Of a DNA stretch of 64,000 nucleotides, positions 1-11,315 are shown piece by piece (within the stretch, counting starts at the first letter, position 1; each line of letters starts with the position of its first letter). Made by a program: the position numbers and the translations under genes. Source of the stretch: Owenia fusiformis (lineage: Eukaryota); assembly GCA_903813345.2 (NCBI GenBank), contig CAIIXF020000001.1:4836001-4900000 (forward strand). The letters run 5' to 3'. The notes under the pieces are model-generated. The model saw only the letters and a program-made list of their open reading frames with translations. It did no database searches and was not told where the DNA came from.

Positions 1-3
1 TAC

Positions 4-1340
4 CTTCATGCCAGTAAAGTGCTGCCACCTTTATTTGATTGACTAATTATCAGTGCTGCCATCTTAATAGAGAAGTTAAAACGAATATCATTTTGCTTTA
101 CCCAAAACAGAAAAAGATGGTCTCAAATAGTAACAGGAGCCAGAGTTAGACCATTGTTGGATCCACAGTCTCTGCCATTCCTTTATGTAGAGCTCATTAG
201 CTTTAGATAAAGAGAGACTAAAAATGGAGTTAGTATGAAACGACTTGGAATAATTTAACAACTTGCATTATTTTCTATTGTTTTTTTAAGAATGTTCCCT
301 TGGCAGTTGGCACTATCTATCCAAAACCAGTTTTAAGAAGTGATATTCGATGGTTTGAGAAGTGATATTCGATGGTTTGGGATCTGTTTGCTAAAATATG
401 ATATCTTGATCCATATATCAAATTATCTTCACGTGATATTCGATCTATATCCTTGCAACCATGGGATAAAAATTGATTCTGATGTACCAGGCCATCCAAC
501 ATTCTTCATCCTTCAGCTTACAACCAATCATTGCCAGAGAGCTTGACTTTGTATTCATATTGAATTTTCTGGGTTTCAAAGTAACTAATAACACATTAAC
601 AACACAGAGGTTTTCTTGTTTATATTGCCAGAACCAACATGTTGCATGGCCAAGCGGGAAGCTTCATCCAGGGCCACGAATTGGTTTATAACTGGTATCT
701 TCGGTACAGAAGGCTCAAGTTTCATGTTTTCCTTTGCTTTATTACTACGCATTCGTGGATTGATCTTGACATTCGTGTGAATTCAGCAGCAGCCCTAGTG
801 AACTGAAAATACACATCCACACCAAATGTGTAGCTTGTACAAGGTGTTCACAAAAAGTCTATTTCCTTTAAATAGGGGTTTCACACAGGAATTGTATAAT
901 TTGCCACCCCTCCATACCACACTATGTAGGGTTTGATTCTTTAGTTCTGTTTCTATTTTATCATATTGTTTATCATTTATCCAATGGAAGGGTGTATGTT
1001 AGTATCTTAGGTATTTTGATACAAAAGTTAAACTTAGCACAACAGTAAGTGGGTAAGGGTGTTTCGCCTTCCTAATACTTTTGCGGTAAGTTCACTGACT
1101 TAGGTTCAAAGTAAGCAGACCCTATCTATAATAAGCTAAGTGAATCGAGCTGACATACAGGTCCAACACACTCACTCGACGATGTAGGATCTGTGAGCGA
1201 AACTATATAGCGTTTGTCTCGGCCACATTCGCTCAGTCTATGACGACCGTATTTCCCCAAAATCGAGCTAAGGTGGCTGGAGAAAATCTATGGCCATCTT
1301 CCGGTCGGCACAGGGGCATCGGGTCGCCTTGGAAATTAAC
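4..1340 (-). other. Possible spliced 5' leader of a gene continuing off the left edge
   Basis: CpG-rich 1150-1450; GTGAGT donor at 1175; TTTTCAG acceptor at 803-804; ATG AAG|GTA donor at positions 9-1. No recognisable protein. Confidence 0.35.
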
Positions 1341-3944
1341 ACGAACGTGAAACAACTGTAATGTTTTTCATTTGTACGGTCGCTGTAGCCGCTGTACCGT
1401 AACGTCAGACTGGTTGCACCGTACCACCGCCGTAGTAAATGTAATAACTGAGGCGCATTAGTGTTTAAAACATTGTAGTGATATTACCCCCAAGGGACCC
1501 TACGTGTCATTTTAAACGCCAAAACGCGATAGAACTAAACTATTCACCAGTACATTAAATTATTTTAGGACTTTAGTTTGTGGAGATTCGATTTTAGTTT
1601 GTGGAGATTGATGATAGAATACTGCATTTGAATGATTTGAAATATGAAATATCAGACCCTGAATGGTGTGGTAGGTAGCATAGGAGGAATCCACCTAGCC
1701 AGGGAGGGGGCGGCTATTGAAACCATACAATAAAAAACATGAACAGTGACTGGTAATGCATAAATTGTCTTTAATGCACATTCTATAATAATTTAGCCAA
1801 TTTAATGATGTTTACAATTTTTCACCGTACTTTATGACCACCCTGTACAGTGTACAGATAATGTGATATTTCGGAAGTTGGAGAACGTTAATAACCTATA
1901 TGCAGGATCCTAATAGACTATTACCAGTGGTAAGTAACTCAAACTACCTTCACATTTCTATGGTTAAACTCTGGCAACACGCTTGATGTTTTTGTATCAT
2001 TCGTAATGTTAATTTTCTTGGTATTTCGTACTAGATAAGGAATTGTCTCAAGCCGTCTAGTCTTGTTTCGACAAATAAAGGTTTTTACCTGAGGCCCGGG
2101 TATACAGTCATTAATAAAAAATCAGTCTTGTTCTTATTCAATGTAAGTAATATAGTAAAAGATTATTAATATACATGTATACACCACGCATTACCAACTC
2201 AGTACACTATGGGACGTTTTAAACATTTTTAACGTATTCCTGGGCCTCAGGTTTTTACTGATCACTAAAATATGGCTCGAGACCTTCGACTCAAAGTGTT
2301 ATCCGAGTAAATTGGACATGATCAGATCATGATGTGGAAATAAAAATGGCTACACGACATGGATTTGGAACTAGTTGGAGCAAGACAGACTTGATTTTTG
2401 AAAAACATTATTTATCGTGACAAAAAATGTAATCTCGCTGAAACCCAGAACTAGAACTAGAGGCTTAATCCATTCCTCCTTATAGATATCACACAAACGG
2501 CAACGTTAAGTGGGTAAAAAACGGTGCATGTTTTGGGAATATGCGTTTCAAATATGTGGCCTTGGAAAGCTCATGCAGCTTTATTCTGTACATTTAGGCA
2601 TGGGATAGAATGTATTGTAACCTTGAAAATGATATATAAGACATGACATGAAAGATCGTCAATGATAAAAAAGGTAAAATGATAAATAGTGATAAATTCA
2701 CCTAATGGTCGCGAAGGAGGAGTATATAATGTTATGTCTATTTTTTCTTTATGTTTAGTTTCAAAATCAGAACTTCTAGTGCTAGTTTGACCCTGGTGTC
2801 TGTTAGCCCTATATAATACCCCTTCAACCATTATTTCTTCGTTTTATTAAAAGGATGCTAGAGCAGGGTTCAAAACAGAGTTCGTCCATAACGATTCTGC
2901 AGGATTAACACCTCTAAATACTTGCTGTTTCATCCCTTTTCAAAATTAGATTAATGATATGTCTGCGGTACATGTGTATTGGAAAGTAAAAAATGAAAAG
3001 CAGTACGCCAATTTAGGTCTTTGGTTTTTGTTCATCTTCAAGTTGATGCATATCCAGAGAAGTGTAGTTCCAAATCTTCATTGTGTTTCGTACTTGTGGT
3101 TCTACATATAATTTTGGAGAATTGGTCTATTTTGAAAAATGGGCCTCGTTTGTCAATTTCCAGATCCGCCCGTGTTGCACAGATGTAAACAGTCTAAATA
3201 TTGATTCATCGTTTGAATGATGTACTGAATAATAAGTTCAAATCAAACACACTTCGTGCAATAAATTCAAAACGTCGTAATAAAATAATAATATTGAGGT
3301 TTAGCTACACGTTTAAATGAGAACTTGACTTGAACGTGTAGAATTATGATTCTCGCCTTCGTAGTATTTGCTTACCCGATAAGTATACAGGCATAAGTTA
3401 CAGTTGTAATTGGGTCTCTAGAAAAACAATACAGTTGAGAGGGACGATAATCCTCGAGGGTCTTAATATTTACGTGTTCCACGAACAAGGCCAGTCTTAA
3501 AACGTGTAGCTTAACATCCTTAAGAAGACATAAGTGGTACTGCACTGGTATCCTTCGGTAAAGATCAAATAGGTCGCAGAAATATAGGTAAAATTGCTTT
3601 TGTTTAGGTATTTTACATCTAGCTAACAGTGCACCGAAGATAGAGCCTTGCTGAGAGATGGTTTGATTTGAAGTTAAGATTTGGTTTAAACATAATTCAA
3701 ACTGTAGAAGTTTCATCATTGAATTTCCAAGTTCTAACGTTTAATATCAAACTTGTAAGTGAATATGAGTTTCGAAAAGAGCGTGCAGAGGCACGGGGTT
3801 TAGTATTAATTGAAGCTCTCCCAGGGTTCCATTTTCACTTTTTCAAAACAGTTTAATCAAACCACGAAATACTTGTCCTTTGTAATGATTTAAGCAAATA
3901 TGTTTATAGTCGAGGCCAAGCCATAGCATTTTATACATGAAGTA

Positions 3945-6900
3945 ATGGCCGTAAAGGATACAAGAAAGCGACATGTCGATATTGATCATGCAGAGGCTGG
4001 ACGACAATACAATGATGGCCACGAAAAGAAGGAAGGCGACAACGCCCTGTTGTATGGTATCGAGACACCTCCTCCATGGTATCTTTGCATCGTCTTGGGT
4101 TTTCAGGTAATTAATCATGTGAAAATCTCTCAGTATATAAGTACTGTTCTTTGATGTAATCTCACTATTGTATGTGCACAAGTACTAAAATGAAAAGGCC
4201 AAAACAAAGCACCAATTTCCCAAAGATGTAAGAAACGATGTCGGACATTTTCTCGAGCTAATAGATACTACATGGTGGGTGTACTGGATCACAAACCTCC
4301 ATTTATCCAAAATGTCTCCCTTACACAGGGTCGGGGCATACTGTACAGGGTGTCAAATAAGTCCCGTCCCCCCGTAGCTAAAACCTGTATTGATGGTAGT
4401 TTGTGTGATATACAAATGGAAAGATCATCCTCACCAACTCACCAACTCCCCATTATTTTGGATTAAATTAACCTATATTTTCATGACGTTCTTAATAATC
4501 AGTGTGCCCAGTGTCCTCCTCCAAAGCAGCTTTTATTGGGTCAAATGAGATGGATATGACCTCAGAAATACGTCAAAAAGTTAATCCCTCTATTTTCTAC
4601 ACATACACCCTGTTAAATTCACTGCCATATACATAAGTTGTCATCTTAAGCTCCTTTGAGTTTTCTGATTCCTGATTTTTTAAATCCTGTCAAACACGTT
4701 AAATTGCCATGTTTCTAGGTCTATGCTATGGTCAAAGCAGCCATTCAACGTAACTTTGGACGATTTTTTCACACTTGGTACCATATATAGGCTATTCGTT
4801 TTGGCTATAGAAGAGGGTGGGGCTTATTTGACACCCCGTAGAATTAGGGGGTAATCAGAGACTTATTTCATGTACTGTTTTGTCATTTTCTTTCAGCACT
4901 ACCTAACGATGTTCGGCTCTACTATCGCAATACCGTTGATAGTTGCACCAGCGCTATGTGTTGGCAATGACCAGGTTGCAAAGAGTGAAATCATTTCCAC
5001 CATTTTCTTTGTTTCTGGCATTTGCACTTTACTCCAGACGATATTCGGGTGCAGGTAGGTCAAACAGTCCAAAAAAACAACTTGCAAAATACCTTTTTCA
5101 CATACAAGTTTGAAGTCTGAACTGGAGTAGTACTTTCATATTCTAATACAAAGGAAATACTTTGGATGGTGGTGACCTTTTGAAAATGCTCACGACTTAT
5201 TTATTATTTTGCTCAAAATATTCCTTTATACCAATTTTTTAAAACTATCAAATTCTGATTTTCTCATATTATTCTAAGGTTATCAGCAAAAATAAACTCT
5301 GTTATCACCTGGTCTTGTATCATGGCAACTTTTACATTTGACCGGCTATCTCAGGTCGTTTTATGAATTAATTTTGGAATGATGTGCCGAACAGATTGAC
5401 ATGAAAATGGATATATTGCTTCCAATTTTTTACACTCTTTGTCCTTTGCAGCTGTATTAAATTCATTGGCCTTTTCACTTGTAGACTACCGATCGTTCAG
5501 GGAGGCACATTTGCATTGATACCACCTACATTCGCTATTTTAAACTTACCACAGTGGAAATGTCCCTCTACGGGTGATCTAGGTAAGTATAGATAAACAC
5601 ATTTTATTGTCACTTCCAAGGGTCACGTAGTGAAATATTTGGACTCTCCCATCGACGGACTTTATGAGGCCCGAAGCCAGGCATTGCCAAAGGGGATTCA
5701 CTTTTCGAAACTGGGGGGGGGGGCTTACGTTTGACAACTTTTGCCCAAAATCACTTGATACGTGCGCATAATGGTGAAAACTGCATGATTTTGAAACACC
5801 CCCACGGGCCTGCTTGCAATACTTAGTTGGTTTAATCATGTTATCATTGTTGCAACAATCTGATTCACCAATACCTCTCTATCCAACGCTTCCGAAAGTA
5901 AATGCTGTGTATTAACAACAATGGAATCAAATGCCTTTTAAAACTATCAAAGGATCATGCATTTCTTATTCTTTGCATATTTAAAGAAAAGAAGCTTCAA
6001 ATGCGTCAACTAATGTTGCAATTCATTTTATTCATATAATTTTGGGATAATCTAGGGTCTGAGCCCTTTGAAACTTTAAAGCTATTTTCCAGGAGTTGCT
6101 AATGTTACACTAAACCTCACCGATGCTATTTTTAACGGAACCACAGACACGTCGGAGATTTGGAAAAGTAGAATGCGAGAGGTAATAGATGTAACTGGTT
6201 CCATATACTGTAAGAGAGCAGATTTATAGATAAAATAAATATTCCAATCCATAACATCAACTGAGTTCTTGTATTCTTAGATACAAGGGGCAATCATGGT
6301 GGCTTCGTTACTACAGATCGTATTAGGATTCACTGGTATACTTGGCATTTTGATGAGCTTCATCGGGCCATTGTGCATCACCCCTACTATCATCCTCATC
6401 GGGCTTTCCCTCTTTGAAGCAGCGAATTCATTCTCTTCTCAACTGTGGTGGATCGCTTTATTGTAAGTATTTGATCAGTAATGTTGAACGCTGTTGTTCT
6501 TCAACAACGTGTTTCTTCTAGTATCAGACAAGTCCTTAGTCACCGCCCCTTACTTCCTTGGGTTGACATTGTTTCCATTTTGTGTCGACTCTTAATCCAT
6601 CCAGATTAGCGTTCAATTGTGGTCTTAGTAAATTGAACAATTTTTGTTTCAAGTGCAATTGTATTATATTATTTGATGATTTGTTTGTTTGTTTATTTGT
6701 TTGTAGGACTATAGTTCTGATAGCAATATTTTCACAGTATATTCCAAGAATAAAGTTCTGTCGAAGGAACAAATGGCTGGCAGGTTTGCTAAAGGGTGTT
6801 CACTCTTTCCGGTAAGTATACTAACAACACACATATGATTTGTATCAGTCATGCTTCTAACTTGATCTACAAGGTTTCGGTTGTTTAAACTGCATTGTCG

Positions 6901-9526
6901 TAAATATCACGTTCCACTGATTACGGCTATATGCTATAATTAAGAATGGGGCCATCATAGCACGTGCAGTTTGTGCAATCTTGAATGAACAATGATTGAT
7001 TGCTATTTAATGGATAGATATTTCTGTAGTTCGACTATTTATTACACTTTTATTATAATACAGGGTGTATTACAACATTATGGTATTGACATAAATCTTT
7101 TTACAGAAACTTAAGGATATGCATATTTTACCATTAAAATACTTATGCTTATACTGACTTCAATTTTTTTGTCAGATGTTTGAATATTATGCTAAATTGT
7201 TCATTGTTAACTATTGTTGATTGGTTCAACAATTTTCATTGTTAATTACTGTTTATGATTATATAATTTAGATTATTCTTGGCATAACGGTGTCCTGGGC
7301 AGTATGCTACATCCTAACGGTGACAAATGCACTGCCAAAAGATTCAAAACAATGGGGCTATTATGCAAGGACCGACATTAGAGAAGATGTATTAAGGGAC
7401 TCCGCTTGGTTTAGATTTCCATACCCAGGTATGTCTTAGGTGACAAAATCTGCATGCCATTTGAATCCCTCCAAAAATACTGTTTGAGTGTAGTATTTTG
7501 ATAGATATTTAGTATTTGTAGATATTGATTTTGTAGTATTCTTCCTTGATGCAAAAATTATTTTGAAACAGGTCACAGAGAAAAAGTAACTGTCAATTTT
7601 CATAAATCATTCTCATACTTTAGGACAATGGGGTACTCCAACCGTAAGCCTATCAGGAGTACTTGGGATGGTGGCTGGTCTTCTTGCTTCTATTATAGAA
7701 TCTGTGGGCGACTACTACGCATGCGCAAGACTTTCCGGAGCACCGCCACCTCCGACACACGCAATTAACAGAGGTGAGAGGTGTGTCCATAAGTAATGAA
7801 TATAATGTAATGAATATAGAATCAATCAAATGAGAAACTAGTGTGGGATAAAACCTTCAAACAGTTCAAAGGTGGGTGTTCAATGAATAACGTAACTCAT
7901 CATTGTCATGTGGTTGTCCGTCGTACTCGTACATCCCGGGTCGTACATACAGGTAATTGTGAATTCCTAGATCTCCCTGTTTTATAGGTATAGGTATGGA
8001 AGGTATAGGAAGCATATTGGCAGGAGCATGGGGGACCACATCTGGTACCACCTCGTATAGCGAGAACATTGGAGCAATCGGTATTACAAAGGTATATTAC
8101 AATGGGTAGAATAAGTAATCCAATTATGAGAAGAGCATACGATATCATGGCTAAAGCGAAGGGCCTTACACGTTCACGTTCAAGTTATTTTGAATTGTAC
8201 AGCTTAACCTCCGTAATATGACAACAAGGGATTATAATCCCCATCTCAATTGTTTTTTCCAGGGACCTATATAACTATTTCCTCATAATTACAGTAGCAA
8301 GCATGCCCATTTGTTTTTTATAATTGATTTCACTAGGTCGGTAGTAGAAGGGTTGTGCAATTTGGAGCTGTAATAATGATACTTCTAGGAATGCTGGGAA
8401 AATTTGGAGCCCTGTTTGTCACCATTCCAGATCCAATCGTAGGCGGGGTATTCTTCACTATGTTTGGTAAGAAGCTGCAACACACATTCTATTGTATATT
8501 TTATCAAACATTGTTCCTTTTCATGTTAGATCATGATTTGGGATAGTTGGGGTTGTTTTCTTTATGACTTGAGTACTCTTAGATATTTTCTTCATACGTT
8601 CTGTTGTAAGTTTCGGTCCTATTCCTCTGGAACTTGTGGATACATATTTCTTATCTATACCCGAAATTTGACGATAAGTAATTATGTTCCATTCACAAAT
8701 AACTTTTAATTCTTTGAAGTCAACACTTAAATTATGCAAGTGTGTAATTTTGTAGGTTTGATAACAGCAGTCGGAATGTCCAACCTACAGCATGTTGATT
8801 TGAATTCCTCAAGAAATATGTTCGTCCTTGGTATGGCCGTATTCACAGGGTTCAGTTTACCCCAATGGCTAAAGGCTAACCCTGGTGTTATACAAACTGG
8901 CAATGAGACGGGTGACAATATTCTTACTGTGCTTATGAGTACAAGTATGTTCGTTGGGGGTCTGGTGGGATTCTTCCTGGATAACACCATACCAGGTATG
9001 TATGAGAACAAATGATGAGATAATTTGCGTTGAAGTCTTTTTTCTCATTGTTTAAATTACTCAAATGTTTCTAATTATTGTAAGTATTCTAAATTGTAAT
9101 TGATATACATACTCGCATTGTACGAGTTGCTTTAATGTGAATTCGAACAGGACACTTGCTATTACTATTCAACGACTTCCAGGTACAACTGCTGAACGAG
9201 GACTTGACGGTTGGAAAAAGTTGACAGAGGTAAAATCTGACAATGAAGACAAAACAAAGATAGGTGGCGCCACAGCAGTAGGTCTAGAGTGTTATGACTT
9301 TCCCTTTGGAATGAACATAGTGAGGAAAATGACGTGTGCAAAATATAATCCAACATGCCCAACATTTGATCTAATGAACTGTTGTGGATCTTCTTCCAAA
9401 AAACACGAAGAAACGACCGAAAGTGTGGATATTAATGGTAGCCAGTTTGGGTACATCTCAGGGTCAGCAAAGGAGAATGATGCATATGTTGGACATAGCA
9501 CTGGGTTGGAAAACACAAACTTATGA
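3945..9526 (+). CDS. SLC23A: SLC23 / nucleobase-ascorbate transporter (NAT, NCS2) family member, 12 coding exons, with an apparent frameshift in exon 6
   Basis: Exons by GT-AG and phase: 3945-4106, 4897-5054, 5485-5582, 6093-6181, 6281-6462, 6707-6811, 7272-7428, 7624-7773, 7988-8091, 8337-8466, 8756-8995, 9183-9526. Family motifs: [106 protein letters not shown]. An in-frame stop at 3924 precedes the ATG. Exon sum is 1919 nt, one short of a multiple of 3. Confidence 0.93.
4346..4838. mobile_element. Tc1/mariner-type MITE in SLC23 intron 1
   Basis: TA-flanked TIRs CAGGGTGTCAAATAAG...CTTATTTGACACCCCG; same family at 63607. Confidence 0.8.
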
Positions 9527-9857
9527 GAATCTCAATCATTTAAGACATAAGAAGTCACATATATGACGTATGGACAAGACGGCATTCTCCGAAACGCAGG
9601 ATGTCACGGGGGAGATATCTACAATAGGGATACAATAGACCTACGTTCTGTGTTCGGAAGATCATCAATCACTAACATCACTTTAAAATGACAACATGCA
9701 TGATTAATTATATATTTATAGCTATCAAATATACTGATATACTGAGTATGTGTCGTTTTGGCTCACATGTTGAGCCTATGAAATCACCCTCTTTTTCATC
9801 TGTCCTTCCGTCCATCAACAATTTGACCTAAATTTGCAACTTGACCTACTTTTCAGG

Positions 9858-11100
9858 ATTTTTATTTTATTTTTCATGTTAAATTTATTCATAGTCTATA
9901 AAAATTACAAATCTAAATGAGCTGCCAATCGCTTCTTAGCATTATAGGCTAGCTTTTACTTAATTAATTACAAAATATAGTAACATAAAATGATTAAATA
10001 TGAATTTGCGACTACACACTTTACATGATGACTAGTAGAAGGATTATGTATCCTCCATGCCTTCAATGGTTACAGCATCAGTTATTAATGTACATTAAAG
10101 GTAGAGATTAAAAGGTGGATTGGATCGAGTGGATTGGATTCATGTAAAAGGTGGATTGGATCGGGAATCTTCAAAATGTGGAATTTCTTATAAAAAAAAT
10201 TCTGTTGATCTCCCTCTAAACAATTTCCCTCTACAGTATTACAGGTCCCTTTTGAGAAATCAGAACAAAGCAATGACAAATACATACTCCAATTAGTTCA
10301 TGGACACTCTTAAGTATTTAACCGCTTTCCCTTGTAAATCAACTTTTGTAAGACATAGATCTTTAGAAAAAGAAAACCTGTCATTCAAATTAATTTGTGA
10401 ATGTTCACAAAACATTTCTGGTATGTTCAGTTTGGAGTGAAAACAGATATTATGGATCTTTAAACCAGTCTGCCTTATGATTTATGAAATGTCTCAAATT
10501 ACACTTGGAATGAATAAGATCGTGTATCAGAAAGCGGGTACCAGGTCATCCTTCTAGCCCACCCAAGCAAAATAATATTACATCTATAATTTGACATTGT
10601 GCAAGTGAAGAGACCACCAATCTTCCTAAAGGGAGATCAATAGAATTTTTTATAGGAAAATCCATATTTTGAAGATAGCCAATCCAATCCATCTTTTACA
10701 TGAATCCAATCCACTCGATCCAATCCACCTTTTAATCTTTACCACATTAAAAGTATTTAGGGAAAGTATAAATTTTATAACATTTTCTTTGAGAGTTGTG
10801 TCTTCATCAATACTTAAATTGTTACCAAAAAGAAAAAATTCAAGTTTGTCTTGGTTGGTTCTGGGTAGGTGGTCTATTAGGTTCTTCTGCTCTAGGGTGG
10901 TCATTAGCTGTTGTCGTTGGAGATTATGGCGCTCACAGGAGAAAAATACATGTTTAGGTGTCTCAGGCTTACCACAAGCACAAAGATTATCATCAGTGTC
11001 AGTAAAATTGTGAGAGAATTTTTGTGATTTGAAGAAAAGGTCACATCTGATTTGATTTAGGACTGTTTCATGCTTTCTAGATAGCTTTAGTTTGCTTGTA
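9858..11100 (-). mobile_element. 5'-truncated non-LTR retrotransposon (CR1/L2-like LINE 3' end), interrupted by a MITE
   Basis: ORF 10650-11141 encodes CACGKPETPKHVFFSC...RQQL...FLFGN...VIKFI, the Cys/His C-terminal motif of LINE ORF2. The frame resumes after the MITE (LNTFNVH-stop) and is followed by a 3' UTR with AATAAA (9884-9889) and an A-rich tail. The 5' boundary is approximate. Confidence 0.75.
10100..10743. mobile_element. MITE with ~115-bp TIRs and 8-bp TSD, Merlin-like
   Basis: TIR GGTAGAGATTAAAAGGTGGATTGGATC... pairs with ...CCAATCCACCTTTTAATCTTTACC. TSD ACATTAAA at 10092-10099 and 10744-10751. GG termini with 8-bp TSD fit Merlin; hAT/P are not excluded. Confidence 0.8.
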
Positions 11101-11315
11101 GTTTTCAGGATGAGTATCAAAGAATCACTAAGTGGGTTCACCGAATACTGCCAAGCAATTGTTGATTACATTGTTGACTTCAGGAGAAAAGGTATTGCTC
11201 TTGACGAATCTTCTGATTTAATACAAATTAGAGGGACCAGAAACTAATTTGACATCGTTGTGTAAAGAACATTTTGGCAAGAGAGTATTAGTAAATTATC
11301 TTTCTGAGTGCGACA

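Noticed and set aside
338-380. 22-bp direct duplication AGAAGTGATATTCGATGGTTTG
   Set aside because: Simple two-copy slippage duplication with no evidence of function.
10650-11141. 163-aa ORF as a host gene or extra CRAL-TRIO exon
   Set aside because: It is a LINE ORF2 remnant fused to MITE sequence, has no ATG start, and lies after the CRAL-TRIO stop.
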